Of a DNA stretch of 64,000 nucleotides, positions 49,287-58,107 are shown in pieces. The translations under genes were made by a program, and so were the position numbers. Position 1 is the stretch's first letter. Each line of letters opens with the position of its first letter. This DNA is from an uncultured Actinomycetes bacterium (GTDB taxonomy: Bacteria > Actinomycetota > Actinomycetes > Streptosporangiales > Streptosporangiaceae): contig CAWHJW010000005.1 of assembly GCA_963829725.1 (NCBI GenBank), positions 369,976 to 433,975 on the forward strand, read 5' to 3'. The notes under the pieces are model-generated. The model ran no database searches and was not told the origin of the DNA. It saw only the letters and a program-made list of their open reading frames with translations.

Positions 49287-50704
49287 TCAGCCGCCGCGGA
49301 GGGTTGCGCAGAGCCGGGCCACGGCGGTGCTGAACGCGTGGCTCGGCGGGGTGGCGTAGCCGAGCACCAGCGCCGGGACGTGCTGGCCGCCCGGGGCGGC
49401 GGCGTAGGCACTCAGGCCCTCGATGGCCAGCCCGCGGGCCGCGGCGTCCGCGACCAGGTCCTCCTCACGCTGCCCGGCGGGCAGGTGCACGAGCACGTGC
49501 AGGCCGGCGGCGATACCCGTGACCCGCGCCTGGGGCGCTTCGCGGCGCAGCGCGGCGATCAGCATGTCGCGGCGGCGCCGGTAGGCGAGCCGGGCCTGCC
49601 GCACGTGCCGGTCATAGGCGCCGCTGGTGATGAACTCGGCCAGGGTCAGCTGATCGAGGCTGCTGCTGAACCGGCGTGCCTGGCTCTTCGCGGCCACCAC
49701 GTCGTCCGCCAGCCACGCCGGCAGGACGAGCCAGCCGAGGCGCAGGCCCGGGGCCAGGCTCTTGCTGGCGGTGCCGGCGTAGGCGACGGACTCGGGGGCG
49801 AGTGCCTGCAGTGCGCCCACGGCCTGGCGGTCGTAGCGGAACTCTCCGTCGTAGTCGTCCTCGATGACCAGCGCGCGGGCCCGGGCGGCCCAGCCGGTGA
49901 CCTGACGGCGGCGCCGCGGTTCCAGCGGCACGCCGAGCGGGAACTGGTGAGCCGGGGTCAGCAGCACCCCGTCCGAGCCGCCCAGCGAATCGACCACCGC
50001 GCCGCCGTCATCCACCGGCAGGGCGGTGACCCGCAGCCCTTTCGCCCCGGCGAGCTGCCCGTGCTGCGGCTGCCCGTAGCCCTCCACGGCCAGCCGCTGT
50101 GCACCGCGGCTGCACAGCACCTCGGACAGCAGCTCCAGGGCCTGGGCGAACCCGGAGCACACCAGCACGCGGTCCGGGGTAACCGTCACCCCGCGGGCGC
50201 GGGACAGGTAGCCGGCCAGCGCCGCACGCAGCTGCGGCAGGCCCCGCGGGTCACCGTAGCCGAGGGCGGTCACGGGAGCCGAGGTGAGCGCACGGCGGGC
50301 GGCGGCCAGCCAGGCCGGCCGGGGGAACGCGGCCAGGTCGGGCAGGCCCGGCCGCAGGTCATACCGGACCGTGCGGTCCGCGGTGACCGCGGGAGCGGCG
50401 GCATTCCCCGGCGGCGGGGCAGCGCCCCGGGCGACCCAGGTGCCCGCGCCCTGCCGGGCCGCCAGCCAGCCCTCGGCGATCAGCTGGCCGTACGCGTCGG
50501 CCACGGTGTTGCGGGACAGGCCCAGGTCGGCGGCGAGCTGCCGGGACGCCGGGAGCCTGGTCCCGGGGGCCAGCCGCCCGCTGCGGACAGCCTCACGCAG
50601 CGCGGACTCCAGCCCGGCGCGGAGCCGGCGGCGGCCAGCCCGAGGTACAGGTCCAGGCCAGAATTGGCCCACGAATTTGTCATCAAATTGGAGCTTACTT
50701 GCAT
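49287..50704 (-). pseudogene. MocR/PdxR-type GntR-family regulator fused to an aminotransferase-like domain, one base missing at about 50636-50650
   Basis: The wHTH reads LESALREAVRSGRLAPGTRLPASRQLAADLGLSRNTVADAYGQLIAEGWL. The class I aminotransferase-like body reads LLTPAHQFPLG..YAGTASKSLAPGLRLGW. The N-terminal ..NSWANSGLDLYLGL is in another frame, and the length is 3n+2. Confidence 0.75.
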
Positions 50705-50761
50705 GCCATCTAGCTCCTAGCGTGGACCTCAGCACCCCGCGAAACCAGGAGGGACATCCCC

Positions 50762-51253
50762 ATGACCGAGACGCAGACCAGGCCGCAGATCCCGGCACGG
50801 CTCGACTTCGACACCCAGGCGGCGGTCTTCTCCCGCGCCATGAACCACCTCGATCAGGCCGCCACCAGGCAACTCGATCAGGCCGGAATCGACCACCAGC
50901 TGCGCGAGCTGGTCCGGATCCGGGTCTCACAGCTGAACGGCTGCGCCTACTGCATCGACATGCACACCAAGGACGCGCGCGCCGCCGGGGAGAGCGAGCA
51001 GCGGCTGTACGCGCTGCCCGCCTGGCGCGAGGCACCGTACTTCACCAGCCGCGAACGGGCCGCGCTGGCCTTTACCGAGGCCGTCACCCTGCTCGCGGAC
51101 ACCCACGTCCCGGCGGAGGCCTACCAGAGCGCCGCCGCGGTATTCACCGGCGCGGAGATGGCCGCACTGGTCGCCCTGATCGTCACCATCAACGCCTGGA
51201 ACGCCATCGGCGTAGCCACCCGGACCTGGATCCCCGGCTCCTACGAGCCATGA
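50762..51253 (+). CDS. carboxymuconolactone decarboxylase (AhpD-like) family protein
   Basis: ..LRELVRIRVSQLNGCAYCIDMHTKDA..WREAPYFTSRERAALAFTEA.. It is divergent from the MocR-type regulator. Confidence 0.8.
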   Translation: MTETQTRPQIPARLDFDTQAAVFSRAMNHLDQAATRQLDQAGIDHQLRELVRIRVSQLNGCAYCIDMHTKDARAAGESEQRLYALPAWREAPYFTSRERAALAFTEAVTLLADTHVPAEAYQSAAAVFTGAEMAALVALIVTINAWNAIGVATRTWIPGSYEP

Positions 51254-51356
51254 ACCTGCCTGCCGCAGGCCTCCGCACGCTGGCCGCCGACCAAGGCTAC
51301 CCGCGAGTAGGGGCGGCGACGTAGGGTCATGGGCAATCGGCGGAAGGGACCTGGGC

Positions 51357-52562
51357 ATGGCGGCACCAGTCATCGATGATCTTGAATTGCCGGTATTCGA
51401 CTACACCGACCCGGACCTGGTCGGCGAGGTCTACCACCAGCGGCTGGCCGCGATCCGGGCGCAGGGCTGGCTGGCCCGCTCCCCGCTCACCTACGTGGTC
51501 CTGGACCGCGAGTCCGGCGAGTTCTTCCTGCGCACCCGGGACGCGGCCTTCCCCGGCCGCGAGATCGCCGACCTGTTCGGGATCACCGGCGGCCGACTGC
51601 GCGAGCAGATCGACGTCAACATCCTCAACCAGACCGGCGGCCGGCACCGGCGGCTGCGCGGCCTGATCAGCCCGGCGTTCACCCCGCGCGCCGCGGACCG
51701 CTGGCGGCCGGCCATGCGGGGCTTCCTGGCCGGCCTGTGGGCTGATCTCGGCGGCGCGGCCGGGTGCGAGTTCGTGTCCGCGTTCGCCAAGCCCTACCCG
51801 TCGCTGACCATCGCCGCCGTGCTCGGCGCGCCGCCCGAGGACGCGCCGCGGCTGCACGAGTGGTCCGGCTGGGTGCAGCGGCAATTCGACATCAAGGCAC
51901 TGGCCACCGAGCCGGACCGGATCGAGAAGGCCGTCGGCGAACTGTACGACTACGTCGAGGCCCTGCTGCAGCGCCGCCGTCGCGAGCCCGCCGGGGACCT
52001 GATCAGCGCGCTGCTGGCGGCCGAGGACGAGGGCGAGAGACTGACCCACGCCGAGTGCGTCAACCTGGTGCTGAACGTGGTGGCCGGCGGGGTGGACACC
52101 ACTCAGGCGCAGTTGTCGCACGCGATGCGCCTGTTCGCCACGCACCCCGCCCAGTGGGCCGCGCTGGCCGCCGATCCCGGCCGGGTGCCCGCCGCCGTGC
52201 AGGAGGTGCTGCGGTTCGAGCCGATCACCCCGTTCACCGCCCGGATCGCCGTCGCCGACCTGACCCACCGCGGCGTGAGGTTCCCGGCCGGCACGATCGT
52301 GGCGATCTGCGCGGAACGGGCCAACCGCGACGCCGAGGGGGGCGAGCAGTTCGATATCGGCCGGGAGACCGCCGCCCGGCTGCTGACCTTCGGAGCCGGA
52401 CCGCACTTCTGCCTGGGCTCGAACCTGGCCCGCGCGGAACTGGAGGAGGCCCTGGCCTTCCTGGTCCCCCGGATGCCCGGGCTGCGCCTGGCCGCCGAGC
52501 CCCGCCTGGGCGGCGTGGAGGGCATCTACGGCATCGACTCCCTCCCCCTCGCCTGGACCTAG
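51357..52562 (+). CDS. cytochrome P450
   Basis: ..VVAGGVDTT.., EVLRFEP (ExxR), and heme loop FGAGPHFCLGSNLARAE. Confidence 0.88.
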   Translation: MAAPVIDDLELPVFDYTDPDLVGEVYHQRLAAIRAQGWLARSPLTYVVLDRESGEFFLRTRDAAFPGREIADLFGITGGRLREQIDVNILNQTGGRHRRLRGLISPAFTPRAADRWRPAMRGFLAGLWADLGGAAGCEFVSAFAKPYPSLTIAAVLGAPPEDAPRLHEWSGWVQRQFDIKALATEPDRIEKAVGELYDYVEALLQRRRREPAGDLISALLAAEDEGERLTHAECVNLVLNVVAGGVDTTQAQLSHAMRLFATHPAQWAALAADPGRVPAAVQEVLRFEPITPFTARIAVADLTHRGVRFPAGTIVAICAERANRDAEGGEQFDIGRETAARLLTFGAGPHFCLGSNLARAELEEALAFLVPRMPGLRLAAEPRLGGVEGIYGIDSLPLAWT

Positions 52563-52766
52563 TCGCGCCGCTGCCACGGCCCCGGAGATGCCAGTGGTCC
52601 CCGGCGCGCCGGGCGCCGGGGACCACCAGGCAGGCCGTCAGCTGTGGGCGGCCAGGTGCCCGGCGGCGGATAACCATGAGCGCCGTACAACTTCCCGCCA
52701 ATCCGGGGGAAAATCCGCACCTTTAACCGATGGGGCTGGCGCCGCGGGTCACGTAGGGTGCCTGGC

Positions 52767-53468
52767 ATGGAGATCAGGGCAGTCATCTTCGACTGGGGCG
52801 GGACGCTCACTCCCTGGCACACCGTGGATCACGATGCGCTGTGGCGCAGCGTGTGCGGGCTGCACTTCGACGGCGGCCGGGCGGAGGAGCTGGCCGCCGC
52901 CATCCTGGCCGCCGAGCGGTCGCTGTGGGAGCTGGCCGAGACCGCGCACCGCAGCGGCACCCTGGAGGAGGTGTTCCAGCGGGCTGGGGTGACCCCCACC
53001 GACGCCCTGCTGGCCAGTTACTTCGAGGCCTGGGACCCGCACACGTTCACCGACCCCGACGTGATCGGCGTGCTGGGTGAGCTCCGGGCCCGCGGCATCA
53101 AGGCCGGGGTGCTGTCCAACACGCTGTGGCCGCGCAGCGCCCACGAGCGGGTGTTCCGCCGGGACGACGTGCTCGGCCTGTTCGACGGCGCCGTGTTCAG
53201 CAGCGAGATCCCGTGGGCCAAGCCGCACCCGGAGGCGTTCCGCGCCGCGATGGCCGCGGTCGGCGTGGACGACCCGGCCGCCTGCGTTTTCGTGGGCGAC
53301 CGCCCGTACGACGACATTCACGGGGCCAAGAGCGCGGGCATGCGCGCCGTGCTGATCCCGCACAGTGAGGTACCGCCGTTCGACGGCGCGGCCCCGGACG
53401 CGGTGATCACCCGGCTGGCCGAGCTCCCGGCCGTCCTCGACGCCTGGCTGGCCGACCCGGCGTCCTGA
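52767..53468 (+). CDS. HAD superfamily hydrolase
   Basis: Motif I is VIFDWGGTL. Motif II is GVLSNT. Motifs III/IV are KPHPEAF..VFVGDRPYDDIHGA. Confidence 0.85.
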   Translation: MEIRAVIFDWGGTLTPWHTVDHDALWRSVCGLHFDGGRAEELAAAILAAERSLWELAETAHRSGTLEEVFQRAGVTPTDALLASYFEAWDPHTFTDPDVIGVLGELRARGIKAGVLSNTLWPRSAHERVFRRDDVLGLFDGAVFSSEIPWAKPHPEAFRAAMAAVGVDDPAACVFVGDRPYDDIHGAKSAGMRAVLIPHSEVPPFDGAAPDAVITRLAELPAVLDAWLADPAS

Positions 53469-53469
53469 C

Positions 53470-53818
53470 TCAGCGGGGCGGCTCCGGGTCGCTGATCCGC
53501 TGGTCGGCGACGACCGGCCAGGGCCGCGCCGAGCCGAAGGGCGTGATCGTCCCGCGCTCGTAGCCGGTGACCTCGTGGGCCACGTCCGCGGCCGGCATGG
53601 AGAGCCGGCTGACGCCGAGATCGCGCTGCGGGCCAGTCCGGCTGCTGGCCGCCGAGGTCACGCTGCGGCAGTTCCAGCACCAGCGCCGCCAGCGGCTCAG
53701 CCACGGCGTCCAGGTCGGCGGCGCGCAGCAGCCGGCGGCGCCGCCGGTCGGCGTGCACCGCCGCCTGCTGCGCCATGGTCCCGCTGGGCAGGAACACCGC
53801 GGCCGGCTTGCCGAGCAG
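53470..53818 (-). pseudogene. frame-broken remnant: PLP-aldolase-like GTM segment followed by a YbaK/ProX-like aminoacyl-tRNA deacylase C-terminal segment
   Basis: Directly after the PHP stop, and in the same frame, the sequence reads LLGKPAAVFLPSGTMAQQAAV..LAALVLELPQRDLGGQ. From about 53640 another frame reads DLGVSRLSMPAADVAHEVTGYERGTITPFGSARPWPVVADQRI. There is no credible start codon and no full-length domain. Confidence 0.3.
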
Positions 53819-54640
53819 CTAGAGCCGCCAGAAGTCCAGCGGGTCCCGGCCGGGCCGGAACCCGGCGGCGGCCGCGACGCCGGCCGCGTCCCGGAAGCGC
53901 GCGCCGACCTGCCCGGGCAGGTGCGCGTCACTGCCGAACGACAGGGCGCGGCCGCCCGCCTCGCGCCACCACCGGAGCAGGCCGGCCGAGGCGAGCGGGC
54001 TGGCCGTGTTGACCTCCAGCACCCGGCCGGACCGGGCGAGCGCCGCCAGCACGGCCCGGTACTCCTCCTCGAACGCGCCCTCGGCGTACTCCCCCGCCGC
54101 GGCCGGCCAGTACCTGCGGGGGAAGTCCAGGTGGGCGAGGACCTCGAACAGGCCGCTGCCCTCGATCAGCGCGAGTACCTCGGTGAAGTACCGGCGCATC
54201 ACCGGGCGGGCCGACCGGCCGTCCAGCAGCGAGCTGGCGTACACCAGGCGCCCCCCGCTGGGCAGCGTATGCACCGAGCCCAGTACCCGGTCGAACTGGC
54301 CGGACCCCAGCACCGCGGTGGCGCTGCCGGCGAACAGGTGCGGCTCGCCCGCCTCCACGCCGGACAGGATCCGCAGCGCCGGGTACCGGTCCCGGCACTC
54401 GCCCAGGCTAGCGAGGTACCCGGGGACGTCGAGCGGGCGGATCCGGTGCTGGGTGTTGGGCGCGACGCCGGCCACCCGCAGCGCGTCGCCGGGGCCGGCC
54501 GTGGTGAAGTCGAGGTGCTCGGTGAACGCCACCGATCCGATGCCCAGTTCGATGGCCCGCTCGCAGGCGGCAGCCATCGACGCACCCGGGCCGGTGTCGT
54601 GGGACCACTGCGAGTGAACGTGATTGTCCGGCGGGGGCAC
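53819..54640 (-). CDS. PHP domain (histidinol-phosphatase-like) metal-dependent phosphoesterase
   Basis: DNHVHSQWSHD..AFTEHLDF.. and later VLAHLD, SFGSDAH. The GTG at 54640 is preferred because the ORF limit at 54691 would overlap the tRNA. Confidence 0.8.
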   Translation of the reverse strand: MPPPDNHVHSQWSHDTGPGASMAAACERAIELGIGSVAFTEHLDFTTAGPGDALRVAGVAPNTQHRIRPLDVPGYLASLGECRDRYPALRILSGVEAGEPHLFAGSATAVLGSGQFDRVLGSVHTLPSGGRLVYASSLLDGRSARPVMRRYFTEVLALIEGSGLFEVLAHLDFPRRYWPAAAGEYAEGAFEEEYRAVLAALARSGRVLEVNTASPLASAGLLRWWREAGGRALSFGSDAHLPGQVGARFRDAAGVAAAAGFRPGRDPLDFWRL

Positions 54641-54663
54641 CCAGGAACGCCCGCGGTGCCCGG

Positions 54664-54739
54664 TGGTGGGGCCGATGGGATTTGAACCCATACTGCCAGG
54701 ATCCTAAGTCCTGTGCCTCTGCCATTGGGCTACGGCCCC
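54664..54739 (-). tRNA. 76-nt tRNA, anticodon UAG (Leu/CUA by anticodon), short variable loop, encoded CCA
   Basis: GGGGCCG-TA-GCCCAATGGCAGAGGC-A-CAGGA-CTTAGGA-TCCTG-GCAGT-ATGGG-TTCAAAT-CCCAT-CGGCCCC-A-CCA. The 7-bp acceptor, 5-bp anticodon stem and 5-bp T stem are perfect. U33, G37, GG in the D loop and TTC in the T loop are present. Confidence 0.85.
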
Positions 54740-54783
54740 GGGCGCCCCGCGCCTGCACGGCGGGGGAGGTCAGCTGGCTCGTG

Positions 54784-55254
54784 TCAGGCCGCGAGGTCCT
54801 TGCGCAGCCGCTCCACGTGACCGGTCGCCTTCACGTTGTAGTAGGCCCGCTCCACCGTGCCGTCCGCGGCAATCACGAAGGTGGACCGGATCACCCCGGT
54901 GGTCTTCTTGCCATACATCATCTTCTCGCCATAGGCCCCGTAGGCCTGCATCACCTCGCGGCCGGGATCGGCGAGCAAAGTGAAATTCAGCGATTCCTTA
55001 TCCCGGAATTTGGACAGCTTTTCCGGGCTATCCGGAGAGATACCGAGCACGGTCAGGCCGGCCCCGCCGAGCGCACCGAGGTTGTCCCGGAAATCGCAGG
55101 CTTGCTTGGTGCACCCCGGTGTCATCGCCGCCGGGTAGAAGTAAACGATCACCCGCTGGCCGCGCAGTGAGGACAGGCTCACCGTCTTGCCGTCCGCATC
55201 TGCCAGCGAAAACTCCGGCGCCAGATCGCCTGGCGCCAGCTTGTGCTCGATCAC
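54784..55254 (-). CDS. bcp: thioredoxin-dependent thiol peroxidase (Bcp peroxiredoxin)
   Basis: ..APEFSL.DADGKTVSLSSLRGQRVIVYFYPAAMTPGCTKQACDFRD.. The GTG at 55254 has a GGAGGGA RBS. Confidence 0.9.
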   Translation of the reverse strand: MIEHKLAPGDLAPEFSLADADGKTVSLSSLRGQRVIVYFYPAAMTPGCTKQACDFRDNLGALGGAGLTVLGISPDSPEKLSKFRDKESLNFTLLADPGREVMQAYGAYGEKMMYGKKTTGVIRSTFVIAADGTVERAYYNVKATGHVERLRKDLAA

Positions 55255-55453
55255 GCGCGCTCCCTCCGGAAAGGACGACCCCACGTTACCGGGCGCGCCG
55301 CGCTGACGCGGCCGGATGTTACGACCCCCTTACGCGGATTGCGAGGCACCGGTAGCCCGGGCCGGCCGCCGCGTAATGTCCCCGCCGGGTGGCGGGGGAT
55401 TGCTCGTGAATGCGTGTGATGTACGGCAATCGCCAACCCAAGGAGGAGCTAGC

Positions 55454-56545
55454 GTGTTCCCGCAGTTGAAGGCCCGCCGGGCGGGCGTTCCCCCCGAGGG
55501 GACAACCCCGGCCTGGCCCGCACAGGCCACCCGCTCCGGCGTGCCGGCCAGGGCAGTCCGCCCGCTGAGCTTCGCCGCCGTGGCGGTTGCCGCCGCAGTG
55601 ACCGTGGCCGGGTGTAAGCCCGGCACCCTCAGCAGCGCGTCGGGCTCGCAGTTCGGCGCTACCTCGTCGTCCCTGACGTCCCAGGCCCTGCAGCTGGCCG
55701 CGCAGCAGACCCAGCAGGTCAACTCGCTCAGCGCCGGACTGCAGATCCAGGCCACCGGCGGGCTCAACGCCAGCATGGTCGGCAACCTGAACGAGGTACT
55801 CAGCCCCACCCCGATGATCTCGGTCAGCGGGAACGCCGGCTCGCTGGGCAACGTGCGCATCATCCTGGACAACGGGACCGCCTACCTGCGCAGCCCGTTG
55901 GTGCGGCACGCCTACGGCAAGCCGTGGATCATGGGCTCCTACGCCGGCATGAGCAGCAGCTCCGGCCTCAACCTCGGCTCGCTGCTCGGGCTGCTGCAGG
56001 CCAGCAACCCGATGACGCAGACCCAGCTGCTGCGCTACGGCACGAACCTGCGTGTGATGGGGCACGCCTCGTGGGACGGCGCGCGCAGCACCGAGTACGG
56101 CGGCCACTACATGCTGTCGTCCCTGCTGCGCCAGCTCAGCTCCAGCTCGGGCATGCGCCCGATGGTGGCTTCGTGGATGAACAGCGGCATCCAGATGACC
56201 CGGTTCCGGGTCTGGACGGACTCCAGCCACATGGTGCGCAAGCTGGTGCTGATCGAGGTGGCCGGCAACACCACGATCACCATCACGCTGACGGTGAACT
56301 CGTTCAACCAGCCGATGCGGATCAACACCCCGCCGCGCGCCATGGTGATCATCCTGCCCGGCACGACCACCACCACGCCGACCACCACCCCGACCGTGCC
56401 GCCGACCCTGACGCCGACGGCCCGGCCGACGATCACGACCGTGCCCACCCCGATGGCCACCGTCCCGGCGACCAGTACCCCCATCCCGGGTGCCACCAGC
56501 ACCCCGGCCGCGGCCGCCCCGTCCGGCATGCCCACCCACTGGTGA
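55454..56545 (+). CDS. lipoprotein with Thr/Pro-rich C-terminal tail
   Basis: The GTG at 55454 has an AAGGAGGA RBS. The signal peptide ends in the lipobox VTVAG|C. The C-terminal tail reads PGTTTTTPTTTPTVPPTLTPTARPTITTVPTP. Confidence 0.75.
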   Translation: MFPQLKARRAGVPPEGTTPAWPAQATRSGVPARAVRPLSFAAVAVAAAVTVAGCKPGTLSSASGSQFGATSSSLTSQALQLAAQQTQQVNSLSAGLQIQATGGLNASMVGNLNEVLSPTPMISVSGNAGSLGNVRIILDNGTAYLRSPLVRHAYGKPWIMGSYAGMSSSSGLNLGSLLGLLQASNPMTQTQLLRYGTNLRVMGHASWDGARSTEYGGHYMLSSLLRQLSSSSGMRPMVASWMNSGIQMTRFRVWTDSSHMVRKLVLIEVAGNTTITITLTVNSFNQPMRINTPPRAMVIILPGTTTTTPTTTPTVPPTLTPTARPTITTVPTPMATVPATSTPIPGATSTPAAAAPSGMPTHW

Positions 56546-56569
56546 GCTAGCCGAGCGGGCTAACCGCAC

Positions 56570-56622
56570 GCGAAAGGCCCGCCGGACCCGGGATCGCTAC
56601 CCGGGAACGGCGGGCCTTTCGC
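56570..56622. terminator. bidirectional terminator hairpin
   Basis: GCGAAAGGCCCGCCG (56570-56584) pairs with CGGCGGGCCTTTCGC (56608-56622). There is an inner CCCGGG..CCCGGG palindrome. It lies between convergent genes. Confidence 0.7.
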
Positions 56623-56641
56623 CGTGCTCAGCCCGGGGTAC

Positions 56642-57259
56642 TCAGTCGCCGAGCAGCGCGGCGATGACCGGGGCGAGGGCGCGGAGCGCCCGGGCCCGGT
56701 GGCTGATCCGGTCCTTGTCCGCGGGGGTCATCTCCGCCGTGGTGAGCACGGCGCCATCCGGGACGAAGATGGGGTCGTAGCCGAAGCCGTTAAGGCCGCG
56801 GGGCCCGGCGGCCAGCGAGCCCTCCACCAGGCCCTCGGTGACGTGCTCCGGGCCGGACGGCAGGACGAGCGCGGCGGCGCAGGCGAAGTGCGCCCCCCGG
56901 CGGCCGGGCGGCACGTCGGACATCTGCCCGAGGACCAGACGCAGGTTGGCCTCATCGTCGCCGTGCCGCCCGGACCAGCGGGCGGACAGCACGCCGGGCA
57001 TGCCGTTCAGCGCGTCCACGCACAGGCCGGAGTCGTCGGCGACCGCGGGGCGCCCGGTGAAGGCGGCCACCGCCCGGGCCTTGAGCAGCGCGTTCTCGGC
57101 GAAGGAGAGCCCGGTCTCGGCGACGTCGGGCATGTCCGGGTACTCCTCCAGGTCTCCCGCATCCACCGGGACATGACCGGCTTCCAGGATCCGGCGCAGC
57201 TCGACGAGCTTCTCCGGGTTCCTGGTGGCCAGGATGAGCTTGCTCCCCATCCTGGTCAC
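56642..57259 (-). CDS. rdgB: non-canonical purine NTP pyrophosphatase (RdgB/HAM1)
   Basis: KLILATRNPEKLVEL..E.G.SF.ENALLKA..ADDSGLCVDALNGMPGV.SAR..GFGYDPIF.. Confidence 0.9.
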   Translation of the reverse strand: MTRMGSKLILATRNPEKLVELRRILEAGHVPVDAGDLEEYPDMPDVAETGLSFAENALLKARAVAAFTGRPAVADDSGLCVDALNGMPGVLSARWSGRHGDDEANLRLVLGQMSDVPPGRRGAHFACAAALVLPSGPEHVTEGLVEGSLAAGPRGLNGFGYDPIFVPDGAVLTTAEMTPADKDRISHRARALRALAPVIAALLGD

Positions 57260-57299
57260 CGCCCCGCGGGCGCGGGCCGCGTGCGCACCGGCCCGGCGC

Positions 57300-58034
57300 T
57301 CACCGGCCGGGGACTTCCCGGGCGAGCGCGTCCCGCTGGATCCGGGTCAGCTCGGCGCAGCCGGCCACCCCCAGGTCGAGCAGGCTGGTCAGCAGGTCCC
57401 GGCCGAACGGCTCACGCTCGGCGGTGCCCTGGATTTCGACGAACTGGCCGTCGCCGGTGCACACCACGTTCATGTCCGTCTGCGCGGCGGAGTCCTCCTC
57501 GTAGCACAGGTCCAGCCGGGGCTGGCCGTCCACGATGCCGACGCTCACCGCGGCGACCGAGCCGACCAGGGGATCGCCCTTGCAGCGCTTGCGGCCCCGT
57601 AGCCAGGCGACCGCGTCGGCCAGCGCGACGTAGCCGCCGGTGATCGCGGCGGTCCGGGTACCGCCATCGGCCTGCAGCACGTCACAGTCGATGACGATGG
57701 TGTTCTCCCCCAGGGCCTTGGCGTCCACGCAGGCCCGCAGGGACCGGCCGACCAGCCGGGAGATCTCCTGGGTGCGGCCGCCGAGACGGCCCTTGACCGA
57801 TTCCCGGTCGCCGCGCGTGTTGGTGGCCCGGGGCAGCATGGCGTACTCGGCCGTGACCCAGCCGAGCCCGCTGCCGCGGCGCCAGCGGGGCACGTCCTCG
57901 GTGGCACTCGCGGCGCACAGCACCCGGGTGGACCCGAACTCGACAAGCACCGAGCCTTCCGCGTGGTCCAGCCAGCCGCGGGTCATCTTTATCTCGCGCA
58001 GCTGGTCGTCGCTGCGCCCATCGGGTCGGGACAT
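57300..58034 (-). CDS. rph: ribonuclease PH
   Basis: [73 protein letters not shown].. Confidence 0.95.
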   Translation of the reverse strand: MSRPDGRSDDQLREIKMTRGWLDHAEGSVLVEFGSTRVLCAASATEDVPRWRRGSGLGWVTAEYAMLPRATNTRGDRESVKGRLGGRTQEISRLVGRSLRACVDAKALGENTIVIDCDVLQADGGTRTAAITGGYVALADAVAWLRGRKRCKGDPLVGSVAAVSVGIVDGQPRLDLCYEEDSAAQTDMNVVCTGDGQFVEIQGTAEREPFGRDLLTSLLDLGVAGCAELTRIQRDALAREVPGR

Positions 58035-58107
58035 GCCCGACAGCCTATGGCAGCCGCCGGCCAGGCGAGGCGCACCAGAGGCGTGTCCCTCGGGCTAACT
58101 AACACCG

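Noticed and set aside
54664-54739. Amber suppressor tRNA
   Set aside because: The anticodon reads 5'-UAG-3', which pairs with the CUA codon. It is not 5'-CUA-3'.
55454-56545. Horizontally acquired lipoprotein gene
   Set aside because: The Met/Ser/Thr-rich composition looked unusual, but codon third positions are as GC-rich as in neighbouring core genes.
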